From assembly GCF_009914755.1 (NCBI RefSeq), contig NC_060943.1: a stretch of DNA of 64,000 nt; one strand, given 5' to 3'. Of this stretch, positions 41,980 to 59,542 are shown piece by piece. Source of the DNA: the human T2T-CHM13v2.0 reference genome, Homo sapiens. A program made the translations under genes and the position numbers. Numbering within the stretch: position 1 is the stretch's first letter; the number at the start of each line of letters is the position of its first letter. Below the pieces are notes generated by a model. That model worked only from the letters and a program-made list of their open reading frames with translations. It ran no database searches and was not told where the DNA came from.

Positions 41980-42760
41980 AGCCTGGCACTTGAACCCCGT
42001 GCCCTCCGCCCCCCGCCCCTCCCAGTGGCGTCTCCGCTTCTCACTTCAGAGGCAGAGCTGTCATCGTGGGCACTGGGAAGTAGCCTGCAGTGTCAGCACA
42101 GACCGGCGCTCACCAACGACACGGCACGGAGGCTTTCTAGGGAGCAGTCCCCCCAGGACAGCAATACGTTCAGGCGACAGCGACACAGGGCAGCAACAGC
42201 GGTTCCCTCCTGGCAGGCAGCCAGACGCACACACGCACGCAGACCACACCATCCAGAAAGTTCACCTGCGACCTGAGACGCAGCTCTTTGAGGGAGATCA
42301 GAAGATCAGATGGTATTTGAGAAAAAAAAAAAAAAAAAGGTTAAGCCAAGTCAGTGGGAAGGTGGAGGAAAAAAAAAATAAATAAAGGTTAGGCTGAGGT
42401 CGCCGCCCTGCCACTCATGACACAGAGCGTGGCACGTCGGTTTCACACCTAAAAGTCAGAACGATTCACAGGTGGCGAAGCGTGGGTGGAGGAAAAGAGC
42501 GGGGATGTCTGAGGAGCAGAAAGACCGAAACGCAAGAGTAATACCTGCTGCGGAGAGGTTCCGCCCACGTGGGATTTGCCCCTGGGAAAAAAAAAAAAAG
42601 TCCCCGAAGCCCCTGCAAGGCAAGACCTGCGGGCTGGAGGGACGGGCTCTTCACACACACGGGAGGACAGAGATCGTCTCTGGAGGTGGGCGCCCCAGCA
42701 GGCACACTGACGGCCTCGGTGCAGCTCCCCTGCACCCCCAAATGACGCAGGTCAGTAATC
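41980..42760. promoter_or_regulatory. CpG-rich unique region, candidate regulatory element
   Basis: Retained CpGs, CCACGTGG ~42565, kB-like GGGATTTGCC 42571 overlapping EBF-like CCCCTGGGA. Confidence 0.4.
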
Positions 42761-43187
42761 CAGGGACGGGCAGCAGGCTCACGTGTCCCCAGATGCAGGC
42801 ACACCTGTGCCTCTCGAGTCATCTGCAGAGTCACGAGACCAGCAACCTGGAAACCTGGAGGAGCTCCCCTGGCTGCCACCGGACACCCCAGGGCAAGGGG
42901 CCGGGTGCCTCCCGGGCAACCCCCTCTCTCTGCAGCAGGGGATGCAGATGGCAGAGTCTCAAAGGCCTTCCCTGCATGGGGCAGACACGGAGGACACACT
43001 CTCCCGGGGTCTGCACTGAGGCTGTCAGGGGGCCTGCTGCGTTCCCCACTCCAGGTAACCCTGTCTGCTGGCACTGAGGGCCTCATCAGACCCCTGCAGG
43101 CCTGCAACCACAGCCAAAATCAGTGTGCCTTCTCCAAAGCCACCTTCTGACCCGCTTTTTAAAGAAACTGAGGTAAGGTTTGCATAA

Positions 43188-43475
<288 letters not shown>

Positions 43476-45199
43476 TAGAGATGGGGGTCTCACTATGTTG
43501 CCAAGGCTGGTCTTGAACTCCTAGCCTCATGATCCTCCCACCTCAGTGTCCTGTGGAGCTGGGACTACAGGCACGTACCACCCCACCCAGCTAATTTTTG
43601 TTTTACACTAAAGTGTTATTTCATCTTGGTCGCTGAGGTTTTTTAGCGCCCCCTTCAATTTTGTGCCCAGTGTGAATACATTGCTTGCCTGACCCTGGTC
43701 CTGCCCTGGGATTTGGGAGCCGACAGGTCCGGGTAACAACTGCAGTTTAGCCGCTCACTTGCTGGAGGACCTCAGGCTCTCTTCCGTGAGCCTTATTTTG
43801 GCCATTGCTGGAATCCCGTTGTGCAGGACAGCTGGGTGGATTGCAGTGATGTTTGCGCACCACGTCCCGAGTGCCAGAGCAGACAGGGTCCCACCTGTTA
43901 CCGTCTTGGACTTCCAGCCTCCAGAACCAAGAGAGAGAAGAAATCTCTGTTGCTAAAGCCCTCCTCCAGTCTGTGGCTTGAGGTTACAGAGCCCCAGCAA
44001 ACCATCACGCTGGGTTAAAGGAACTGGTCCCCAGAGCTCACAGCTGCAGACTGGCCACCGTAGGACAATCCAGTGGGACCTGGGGGTGCCTCTGGGCCAT
44101 TGGGGGACCCTCGGTGAGCCAGTGAACTCAGTGCACTTCTGGAGCTCCCTGACCACGAGTGAGGAAATTGAACGGTACAGGAAAAGCAGGAGAGCGTGCA
44201 CCTTAAACGGCCAAGGTCCGTCACTACCACCGAGCACCTGCCAGGCTCCCCACCCAGTGCTCCCAAAAGTAGAGGGCCCCCTCCCTCCCCTAAACTCTCA
44301 GAGGTTAGTATCACCGGGTCAAGATGATGACAGCACGGGGAAGCCTCTGGCAAGGGCCTTGCCCCAGGGGACAGCTCAGGTGGCCTCGGATAACATGACA
44401 AAGACCTTCTTTATTTATTATTATTATTAATTTTTTATTTTTTTTGGAGACAGGGTCTCACCCTGTCGCCCAGACTGGAGTGCAGTGGTGCAATCATGGC
44501 TCACTGCAGCCTCAGCCTCCTGGACTCAAGCAATACTCCTGCCTCAGCCTCCCGAGCAGCTTGGACTATAGGTGTGCACTGCCACACCTGGCTTTTTTTT
44601 TTTAATTTTTATTTATTATTATTTTTTTAAGACAGAGTCTTGCTCTGTCGCCCAGGCTGGAGTGTAGTGGTGTGATCCTGGGTCATTGCAACCTCTGCCT
44701 CCTGGGTTCAAGCGATTCTCCTGCCTCAGCCTCCTGAGTAGCTGGGATTACAGGCAACTGCCACCACGCTCAGCTAATTTTTGTGTTTTCAGTAGAGACG
44801 GGGTTTCACCATGTTGGCCAGGCTGATCTCAAACTCCTGACCTCAGGTGATCCACCCGCCTCGCAAAGTGGTGGGATTACAGGCATGAGCTACCACGCCC
44901 GGCCACTAATTTTTTTATTTTTTAGTAGAGACGGGGTCTTGCTGTCTTGTCCAGGCTGGTCTCAAACTCCTGGGCTTAAGCGATCCTCCCGCCTCAGCCT
45001 CCCAAAGTGCTGGGATTGCAGGCACAAGAGACCCTCTTTTATTGTTGCAAGATGCTGACAGGTTTCAGAAGAGGTTTGAACCAAAGCGGCCTCAGGGACC
45101 CAGGTGGCCCCTGGGATACGTTTCTCCCAGGCCAGGTTTGGTTTCAGTCGGCCTGAGCGTGCAGACACCTGTCTCCTGGGCACTAAACTTGACACTTTC

Positions 45200-45780
45200 A
45201 GTTCCTATCAGGCAGTGGGGACGAGGGGGCGGGTGGGAGGGGGGGAACGGGCTCACGTGCCAGGCTCGGGGGGGCGGGAAGCGTCCTCAACATTCTCAGA
45301 AAGGACCACGCCCGGCACCGGCCTTGGATGGCTTCCCTCTCGCAATCTGCTTTCTGGGAAGTGGGCCCCTCGCACCGGGTGCGGCGCCCAGGGTTCCCCG
45401 CCACCCCGACCCTTACTAAGCCGCTCAGCCCAGGGATCCAGGGCCCTGGCGAGACAGCCTGGGAGACGCAGAGTGGGAAATGATGACTGGGAGCTGGTAT
45501 CGCGAATGTCTACACGCAGACTGACTTCAGGGGCGAGGAATTCCGCCTGGCGAGCGTCTAGACTGCGGTGTTTCTGGGACGCTGGGAGCTGGAGCCAGGA
45601 CAGGTCTCCCGGGAGCTGGACTGTGCTGCCACCTGCTGGTCATGGCCCGACAGGCGGCCTCGCTGTCACCACTGAGTGAGCTCGAGGTGCCCCGTCCCAG
45701 GACCGTGGCAGGAGGGGGTCCCGTCCTGCGTGGGGCTTGAAGGCAGGTGGGCAAGACGGTGCATAGCCCGAATCTATTTA
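45200..45780. promoter_or_regulatory. CpG-island-like element with two GAS (STAT) sites
   Basis: TTCTCAGAA 45293-45301, TTCTGGGAA 45352-45360 overlapping ETS GGAAGTG, CACGTG 45254, GC boxes. Confidence 0.45.
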
Positions 45781-45993
45781 ATGATTTATTTGATAATACC
45801 ATTTAAAAATATCTCTTAGGCCGGGTGCAATGGCTCACGCCTGTAATCCCAGCACTTGGAGAGGCCAAGGTGGGAGGATAACTTGGGCTCAGAAGGTCGA
45901 GACCAGCCTGGCCAAGAGAGCAACACCAGGTCTCTACAAAAAATTAAAAATTAGCCGGGCATGCTGGCGGGCGCCTGTAATCCCATCTACTCA

Positions 45994-46098
<105 letters not shown>

Positions 46099-46129
46099 CT
46101 AAAAAAATAAAAAGTAAAAGTAAAAGTAA

Positions 46130-46417
<288 letters not shown>

Positions 46418-46479
46418 TGAGCCAGCGCGCCCGGCCAAATCTTTCTTTCTTTTTAATAATTGGATTGACTTTGGTCTAC

Positions 46480-46662
46480 GGTCTCCCCTGGGGCCCCATC
46501 CTTCTCTGGGGTGGGGCCATCCTGGGCACTGCAGGGTGCTCAGCAGCATCTCTGACCTCCGCCCACTCCATGCCAGGAGCATCCCAGTTGTGATAACCAC
46601 ACGTCCCCAAACATCGCCCAGTGCCCCCTGGGGGGCAGCATCACCCACATTTAAAAACAGTT
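46480..46662 (-). mobile_element. MER20
   Basis: Core GGGGCCATCCTGGGCACTGCAGGGTGCTCAGCAGC. Confidence 0.85.
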
Positions 46663-47639
46663 CCAGGGTAGCAGCCTGCAAAGAAGGTGTGTCTGGGACC
46701 TGGGCATTTCATATCGGGGTGACCCAGCCTGGGAGAGGGGAGGGGCCTCAGTGAGAAGACTGAAGCCAGGACCCCCCCCAGGCAGGACCCAGGCTCCCAC
46801 GGCACAAAAGCCCCAGGTCCAGGGTTCCTGGAAATGTTTTAAAATCCAGTCGACAAAAGATGAATAAAATACTTGTGAGTGTATAATCATGAATCCAGCC
46901 TGGATTCTGTTTGTCTTTATGCCAAGACAATTGTAAAATACAGCTTAGAATTTTTTTTTTTTTTTGAGAATTTTTTTTTTTTTTTTTGAGAGTCTTGCTG
47001 TGTCGCCCAGGCAGCGGTGCGATCTCGGCTCGCTGCAACTTCCACCTCCCAGTTCAAGCAATTCTCCTGCCTGAGCCTCCTGGGTAGCTGGGACTACAGG
47101 TACCCACCACCACACCCGGCTAATTTTGTATTTTTAGTAGAGACGGGTTTTCACCATGTTGGCCAGGATGGTCTCGAACTCCTGACCTCAGGTGATCCGT
47201 CCGCCTCGGCCTCCCAAAGTGTTGAGATTACAGATGTGAACAACGGTGCCTGGCCAACGTCGGACATTTTTAGAGCGGAGGAGGTAGCCTAGGAGGGCAA
47301 ATGTGCCCCAGGCCCTGAGTGTCCCAACATGGCCCTGCAGCCAGGTAGAACCAGCCAGGGAAAGGGATGGTGTTTAAGGGACGTGGAAAAGGAATTCAGA
47401 CAAAGAATTTCTGATGCAAGTTTAACCCGGCTGGTGGCTGCAGCCTACTTCCTGCTACAGGCTGCACAGTCTCTTGCTGAATTAGCACCTACGTTGAATT
47501 AGGTGAGTTTGCTTGAACTATACGTTGAATTAGGTGTTGAATTAACACATAGGGGGGCTTTGGGCTCTCAGCCCCTCATCTAAAGTCCATTGTCTCAAGC
47601 CACTGCCTCATTGGAAGAGCAGGTGTCTACACTACCTGG

Positions 47640-48110
47640 AGAGGGGGAGATCCTGCATTAATTATTTGGGGAGAATGCAATCTGTCCCCGCTCCTGCTCA
47701 CAGTAGATACAAGAATAAACTCCCGACGGGGCAGATGGCATAAACCAGGGGGACCCCCAGCTCCTGGGACTCTTCCTCCTCTCTCCCTCCCCACTCAGGG
47801 TGTGGATTTCAATGTGTGCAGCCTCCTGGGACCTCAGTAGGAGAGATGGTCACGGAATGCAGAGTCTCTTGGGGAATCTGTGGATTCCCCTAACCTGGGC
47901 GGGGGGTCTCAATCAGGGGTGATCCTGCCCCCAGGGGACACTGGGCAATGTCTGGGGACATTTGTGGTTGTCATGCCTGGAGGTGCTCCCGGCATGGAGT
48001 GGGTGGAGGCCAGGACGCCACTCAGCACCCTGCAGTGCCCAGGATGGCCAGACCCCAGAGGATCTAGCCCCAGATGTCCACAGTACCTAGCAGGAGAGAT
48101 CCTGATTTAA
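47640..48110 (+). repeat. Older duplication unit (unique ~250 bp plus MER20); paralog 61185-61610
   Basis: Alignable over ~450 bp, with a 37-bp identical core at 47799-47835 and 61332-61368. Confidence 0.85.
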
Positions 48111-48569
48111 TTAATTGGTGAGGGGGAAGATCAAGGGACCCTGGCTATGCCAAGAAACTCGGACTGCAGCAGTGTGTGGATCCTGAATGAGAAAGGTGCG
48201 AATCAGACAGAAGCTCGCAGCCTAAGGCCAGCGAAGGCCACGGCCACAGCGACATCTAAAGGCCGGCAAGTGCAATGCAGAATCCACCCAGGGAACTCGG
48301 GCCCCGCGCCTACCCCCGGGGTAAAGGGGGCCAGCCTCGCACAGGTGGGTCCGTTGCAGGCGTCTGTTGCGAGACCACATCCTCACCACCCGGTGAACGG
48401 CACTGGGAGCAGACTCAAGAGGCTCGAGAGGTCCCAGGAGGGCGGGAAGAGAGTTCCCCCAGCTACAGCCTGAGCATGGTCGCCAGAAAGCAGGTGCGGC
48501 GACTTTCCCTAGCACCCTCTCCCTGCCCTCTGTGTACCCGCAGGGGGGCCCTGCACGTCGGGTCTCAGG

Positions 48570-49160
48570 CACATGTGTGGTGAAATGCACACAACAAAAA
48601 AGCTCCCTTTCCAGACATCCAGTGGCATTCGTGCAGCCATCATCTCTAGCTAGCTCTAGAACATTCTCAGCCCCCCAAAAAGACACCCCATCCCTATCAG
48701 CTGTCACTTCCCATCCCCCTCCCCAGCCCCTGGCACCCACACATCCCCTTCCTGCCTCTCTAGACTGGCCTGTCCTGGACATTTCATAGAAATAGGATGA
48801 CACACTGTGTGGCCTTTTGGATCTGGCATCTCTCACTGAGTGTGACATCCTCAAGGGGCATCCAGGCTGCACGTGGCCTGGGTCAGAGTCTCGTTCACGG
48901 CTGAGTCTCGTTCCAGTGTGTGGAGGGCCACGCTGTTTATCTATTTACCCACGGACGGACACTTGGGTCATTTCCACCTTTTAGCCATTGTGAATCGTAC
49001 TGTATGAACATTTGTGGCAAGGTTCTATTTGAACACCTGCTTCCAATTCCTCTGGGCAGATAACTAGGAGCGGAATTGCTGGGTCATGTGGCGACTCCGC
49101 GTTCAGCCTTTTGAGGAACCACCAGACTGGTTTCCAAGGCGGCTGCCCCATCTTGCATCA
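48570..49160 (-). mobile_element. L1MB-type LINE 3' fragment
   Basis: CTGTCCTGGACATTTCATAGAAATAGGATGACAC...CTAGGAGCGGAATTGCTGGGTCATGTGG. Confidence 0.8.
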
Positions 49161-49430
49161 CACATCAATTCTCAATGCCAAGGCGTTCCTCAGCTTTTAA
49201 ACAAGGCACTGAGGCAGGAGGCAGGCAGCTGATTGTTGAAGGTCACCCCGTAGCCATTGGCAGAGCCAGAACTTGCAGCTGTGATTTGTGCTGCGGCTCC
49301 TGCCCAAGCCCTCCTTCCCTGGCTTCAGTGCTGGGCTGGGCAAGGTGTGTGGAATAGCCCCGCTTTCTAGGCCACTTTCGGGGTACTGGGCGGCCACTGT
49401 CTGGTCTGAAGGTGCCATCTGTGACACTCT

Positions 49431-50025
<595 letters not shown>

Positions 50026-50508
50026 CATCTGTGAGATTCTGAAGAGCCACTGCTGAGCAATTAAGCTGCCCTCTGCAGTGGGAAATTTTCTTTGCAAGGA
50101 AGCAGCAAGGCGGAGGAGGCAGGAGGGTTCCCTAAGATTGTGCACCCACGGCAGCCAGCAATGTGCCTGACACAGTGAAGGGCCTCGGCAAAGGGGCGCC
50201 TCCTGTCCCCTTCAAATCCTTACGGGCCACCCCAGGATCTGGTGACCTGGAACAGACTCCTGTATGGGCCTTTTTCCCCTGGTGCCAGCAGGGAACAGGG
50301 CAGGATGGAAAAAACACCCAGTAGCCAGTGGCCCACTGATGTCACCAAGCTGCAGGGCTGCCCAGCATTGATTAAACACAGCTGGTGTGGGCCAGGCATG
50401 GCACCTCACACCTGTGATCCCAGTGCTTTGGGAGGCTGAGGCGAGAGGATCCCTTGAGCTCAGGAGTTCAAAACCAGCCTGGGCAAAATAGTGAGACCCC
50501 ATCTCTAA

Positions 50509-50847
<339 letters not shown>

Positions 50848-51374
50848 TGACCAACAGGGAGAAACCCCGTCTCTCCTAAAAATACAAAATTAGCCGGGCA
50901 TGGTGGCGGGTGCCTGTAATCCCAGCTACTCAGGAGGCTGAGGCAGAATTGCTTGAACCCGGGAGGCAGAGGTTGCAGGTTGCAGTGAGCCGAGATCACG
51001 CCATCGCACTCCAGCCTGAGCAAAACCCCATCTCAAAAAAAAAAACCAGACAAATATAGCTGGTGGGTTCTTGGGCAAGGCTGGTGACCAGGGCCCTAGG
51101 GGAGGATGTTTCCAAGAGCTGCCAAGAGCAGTGGGGCCCGGGTTCTGCCCGCCTCTTCCTCTGACTGTTTCCTCATCTGGGGTCACGGGATAAGTGCAGC
51201 TCCGCCTCCCTGGTCATGCAGGTGACTGTGAATGAAAGTGTCTTGGAATCAGAAGGTTCTGGCATGAAAGCTTTGCACCAGCCTTCCACCAGTGTGCTGC
51301 CCAGCACGTGACTATCGGAAAAACTTTAGCTTATTTCAGCCTAATTACATTCCGTTAACCCAAAGTCTCTGACG

Positions 51375-51552
51375 TTCAGGGCTGGATCATTCTCTGGGAT
51401 GGGGCCATCCTGGTGCACTGCAGGGTGCTGAGTGGCGTCCCTGACCCCCACCCACTCCATGCCAGGAGCATCTCCAGTCGTGACAACCACAGATGTCCCC
51501 AGATATCACCCAGAGTCCCCTGGAGGCAAACCTGTCCCACTTAAGAACCGCT
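51375..51552 (-). mobile_element. MER20
   Basis: Same MER20 core motifs. Confidence 0.85.
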
Positions 51553-52006
51553 GGCCTGGACCAGAAACTGGATCTTTCAGGGAGGCAGAGCTCACCAGCC
51601 ATCCAGGCACTGAGCCCGGCCCAGCCCTGCAGCTCTGACCCTGCCTTGGGCTGTGAGCTCTGAGGACCCCATCAATCTGATCAAGAAGCCACACTAGGTC
51701 ACCTCAGACCAAGGACATTCTGCCATGATGCTTCAGACTGTTCTTCTCCCCATCCTCCTCTCCACCTCCAGCCCTCAAAGACCTGGCCTGGGTCCCCTCC
51801 CGTGGCTCCCAGACCTCCGCTTCCAGGGAGCCCTCCGGAATGTCCTTCCTCCTGCCTTCAATGCTCCTCCCCATCCTGCAGGGGTTGGCAAGGATGTCCC
51901 CTCCTTAGAGACCTTCCTGGACACCACGTGGCACAGACTCTCTCCTCTTGGTGCCACCTCATCCTATTTTGTCTTTTCCTTTTTATTTTTTTTTTTTTTG
52001 AGATAG

Positions 52007-52153
<147 letters not shown>

Positions 52154-52420
52154 TAAATGTTTTGTAGAGATACGGTCCTGCTATGTTGCCCAGGCTGGTC
52201 TCAAACTCCTGGCCTCAAGTGATCCTCCCACCTCGGCCTCCCAAAGCGCTGAGATTACAGGCGTGACTATTTCCTTATCTTCTAAGACCCTCTGTTTGGT
52301 TTGCCAGTGTGTCTGGGCATGTGCTGTCTCTGTGTGACACATGCTCCCTGAGAACAGGACTTGATTCCACCTGTATCAGGCTGGGCCCCCAGCACCTAGG
52401 CTGTCCCTGGCACACAGTGA

Positions 52421-52927
<507 letters not shown>

Positions 52928-53486
52928 TAATAAACAATTTTATTTGGAGTAATTTTAGATTTACAGGAAAGTTGCAAAGAGAGAGTCCCCGCCCACGCCT
53001 CACCAGCTTCCTCTTCAGGGGCCACCCTGTGTAACCACAGGGCATTGCTCACAGCTGGGGAACGCTGGCACCTTCCTAGTAACCAAATGCCACAGCGATT
53101 CAGCTTCCCTCAGTTTTCCCCTCACGACCTTTCCTGCCCCATTGTGACCCCATCCAGGAGCCCATGTGGCATCTGACCGTCCCATCTCCGTGGGTTCCTC
53201 TGGGCTCTCAGTTTCTTGGTCTTTCTTTGGTATTTCCATGAACTTTTTTGTTTGTCTCTTTAAGAAAACGGTTACTATCCATGAAAAACAAACAAACAAA
53301 AAATGTCATTCTGGCTACCCTGAGAGCTTATAATTGCTATTTTAAAATGAATGAATACCTATTTGATTGACATTTTCTCAGTTTTGATTTCAAATTCAAC
53401 AAATATCCGTAAGTAGAAGGCATATAAACAAAAGCTCCTTGGAATAATCGTCAGGACCAGAGAGTTTGAGAACCTTTGTCCTAAGC

Positions 53487-53693
53487 CAGGGGTTAGCTAA
53501 CTACGGCCCCTGGACCACATCTAGCTGACTGTGTGTTTTTGTAAATAAAGTTTTATTGGCACACGGCCACACCCACTTGTTGACATATTGCTTGTGGTGG
53601 CTTTCCCGCTACAATGGCAGGCAGAGACTGTCCAGCCTGCAAAGGCTAAAACATTTGCCATCTGGATCTCTGCAGAAAAGTTTGCTACCCCAG
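53487..53693 (+). mobile_element. MER58A hAT MITE, near full length
   Basis: CAGGGGTTAGCTAACTACGGCCC...GTAAATAAAGTTTTATTGG...GAAAAGTTTGCTACCCC with recognisable terminal inverted repeats. Confidence 0.9.
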
Positions 53694-53829
53694 GCCTCGC
53701 ACATAGTAAGTTCATAGCAAGTATTTGTTTATAGTAAGGCTGAGCCCTAATCAGGGTGAAGGGCAAGGTCAGACATCGGAGGACCACTGAAATGTCCATT
53801 CTGTCCCACCTGGTACAGCAAACGCCACC

Positions 53830-54200
53830 ATGGAGCAGGACTCAGCCATGAAAAGGAACAAGGCTCTGATGCCGGCCACAGTGTGGATGGACCTTGAGGA
53901 CATCACACTCTATGAAAGGAGCCAGAGACAGAGGGCCACGCAGTGTGTGATCCCATTTCTACGAAATGTCCAGGACAGGCCCATCCATGGGGACAGGGAG
54001 GGGATGCGTGTGTGGCAGGGCTGCCGGGGGGAGATGGGGAGTGACTGCTCATGGGGGACAGGGCTTCTTTTGGGGGTGATAGGATGTTCCGGAATTAGAT
54101 AAAGGAGATGGTTGCACAACTCTGTGAATGTAAAAACCGCTGAGCTGCACATTTTTAAAGGGTGAGTTTTACGCTGTGTCAGTTATATCTCAATAAAGCT
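53830..54200 (+). mobile_element. L1MB-type LINE 3' end
   Basis: CTCAGCCATGAAAAGGAAC...TTATATCTCAATAAAGCT. Confidence 0.8.
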
Positions 54201-54841
54201 AATCCTAGCATTTTGGGAGGACGAGGGGGGGGCGCGGATCACCTGAGGTCGGGAGTTCAAGACCAGCCTGACCAACATAAAGAAACCCCGTCTCTACTAA
54301 AAATACAAAATTAGCCAGGCATGGTGGTGCGCGCCTGTATTCGCAGCTACTTGGGAGGCTGAGGCAGGAGAATTGCTTGAACCCGGGAGGTAGAGGTTGC
54401 AGGTTGCAGTGAGCCGAGATCGCGCCATAGCACTCCAGCCTGGGCAACAAGAGCAAAACTCTGTCTCAAAAACAGAAAAGAAAAGAGGAGAGGGGAGGGG
54501 AGGGGAGGGGAGGGGAGGGGAGGGGAGAGGAGAGGACCCTGTAGAATGAAAGAAAGGCAGATCCCCCTGCACCCTGGCTACAGGCCGTCGTCCCGACCCC
54601 TCTCTCTGCAGGCAGGTCACTGCCCCCCTCACAAACCTCTGTCCTGATCCCCCAACCCACACACCAGAGCTGGGCCCATGCACCGGGAAACCTGCCACCC
54701 CAGGGGCCACTCCAGTCTCAGACCAACAGGATATTAAAAAAGGCGAAACCTCAGAACCGTTTCCTATCGAAACCAATTAGAAAGCTCTTGGGTATGAGTC
54801 CAATGTTTTCAAGCAACTAAAGGCAAAAGAGAAGATTTTCA

Positions 54842-55192
<351 letters not shown>

Positions 55193-55665
55193 TCATTTAT
55201 AAAAGGGGTGACGTGGCCGCCTTCCTGCAGGCGCTCTGAAGGTGGCAGATTACACAGAGGTGGTACGACTCATACAGGTTTCTGCAAACGGGGGCCCCAT
55301 CAACAGTCACCTTTCCTTAGCACAGCGCCTTCCTCCTGGGGTGACCTCGCCCCTTCCTGCACACCCCAGGAGCTTCCTGAGACCTGAGTAAAGCTCACTT
55401 CCCTTGCAAGGGGTTTAGTGACGTCCCTTCAAAATTCTTGTCCACGGGGAACCTCGGAAAATGACTGTTACGGACTAATTGCATTTGCTTAAAACTTATG
55501 TTGAAGCTGGATGTGGTGGTCCACACCTGTGGTCCCAGCTACTCGGGAAGCTGAGGCGGGAGGATTGCTTGAGCCCTAGGATTTCAGGGCTGCAGTGAGC
55601 TATGATGCTGCCACTGCACTCCAGCCTGTGCAACACAGCAGCAAGACTCCAGACACAAAAAATTA

Positions 55666-55956
<291 letters not shown>

Positions 55957-56009
55957 CTAAAACAAACAAACAAACAAACAAACAAAAACAAAGAAGGAGA
56001 CACAGAGAG

Positions 56010-56245
56010 ACAGCAGAAAACAGAAGCAGAGACTGGAGCAATTCGACGGTAAGCACAAGCCAGGTTTGCCAGAGCCCCCAGAAGCCAGAGGACGCGGAAG
56101 GATCCTCTCCTGTAGCGCCCAGGGGAGCACAGCTCTGCAGACAGCTTGGTTTAGTACTTCTGCCCTCCAGAACCGTGAGAGGACACACGTCTGCGGATTG
56201 ATACTTCCGGGTCTGTGGTCACCTGTTATGGCAGCCACAAGAGGC
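56010..56245 (+). mobile_element. MLT1-type LTR fragment
   Basis: CACAAGCCAGG...CCTCCAGAACCGTGAGAG...TGTTATGGCAGCCAC. Confidence 0.65.
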
Positions 56246-56282
56246 TCGTCTGCCCCTTTTCTCTCCCCTTCCTTCATGCTGA

Positions 56283-56525
<243 letters not shown>

Positions 56526-56763
56526 TAGAGACGGGGTTTCACCATGTTAGCCAGGATGGTCTCGATCTCCTGACCTTGTGATCCGCCTGTGTCGGCCTCC
56601 CAAAGTGCTGGGATTACAGGCATGAGCCACCGCGCCCGGCTCCTGGTGGTTTTTAAGCTTGCAAAGGGTGCGGGATAAGCCCTGCAGAAGTCAATGGTCA
56701 GTAATGAGGGCTGGGGATTCAGCCCATCTCCAGGGAAAGCCCCCGAAACTGGCAACACCAGCT

Positions 56764-57140
56764 GCTTCCGGGAAGGGGAACCCAATGCGAGCAACGCGGC
56801 AGAGAGGGGGCTTCCGGGAAGGGGAACCCAACGCGAGCAACGCGGCAGAGAGGGGGGCTTCCGGGAAGGGGAACCCAACGCGAGCAACGCGGCAGAGAGG
56901 GGGGCTTCCGGGAAGGGGAACCCAACGCGAGCAACGCGGCAGATAGGGGGCTTCCGGGAAGGGGAACCCAATGCGAGCAACGCGGCAGAGAGGGAGGCTT
57001 CCGGGATGGGGAACCCAATGCGAGCAACGCGGCAGAGAGGGAGGCTTCCGGGATGGGGAACCCAATGCGAGCAACGCGGCAGAGAGGGGGCTTCCGGGAA
57101 AGGGAGCTCAATGCGAGAGCAACGTGGCAGAGAGGAGGGC
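56764..57140. repeat. VNTR, 8 copies of a 46-47 bp CpG-rich unit
   Basis: Unit GCTTCCGGGAAGGGGAACCCAAYGCGAGCAACGCGGCAGAGAGGGG(G). TTCC starts at 56766, 56812, 56859, 56906, 56952, 56999, 57046 and 57092. Confidence 0.97.
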
Positions 57141-57293
57141 TTTGTTTTCACTTTCACCGTGTATCATTTATACCACTAGAGCTCTGACACCCCGGGCACG
57201 GCCACTGATAGAAAACATTGGTCCTTCTTCCTGGGGGTGTGTGGCCAAGTGAGGGTGGGTGAGGGAGAAGCCACTTTCCGGCTAAGGTCCTCA

Positions 57294-58500
<1,207 letters not shown>

Positions 58501-58573
58501 AGAAAGAAAGGGCCGGGCGCGGTGGCTCACGCCTGTAATCCCAGCACTTTGGGAGGCCGAGGTGGAAGGATCA

Positions 58574-58789
<216 letters not shown>

Positions 58790-59122
58790 TCAAAAAAAAA
58801 AAAAAAAAAGAAAAAGAAAAAAAGAAAAGAAAGAAAGAAAGGTGCTCCAGTGGCTCTCAGGCAGAGCTCCACCTCTGTCTGGTTGCCGGTGGTGCCACAG
58901 CACAGCAGGCCTCTCGTCTCCGGAGCAGTGACTGTGACCTGTTGCCAGCCCTGGCGGCTATTCCTAGCAGCTCCTGACCTGCAGGAGGCTGAGCCCAGCA
59001 GTGCCTTCTGGGAAGGAGGGAAGGAGGGAGGCTTTCTGGTAATTACCCCCAGGCAGAGGGCAGGCGGGCACAGGGGCCCGAGCCCCTCCAGCCCATCCCA
59101 CAGGCTCCAGGGTGTTTACTGA

Positions 59123-59542
<420 letters not shown>

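Noticed and set aside
56764-57140. CRISPR-like regular repeat array
   Set aside because: Units are contiguous with no unique spacers, there are no cas genes, and the context is human. It is a VNTR.
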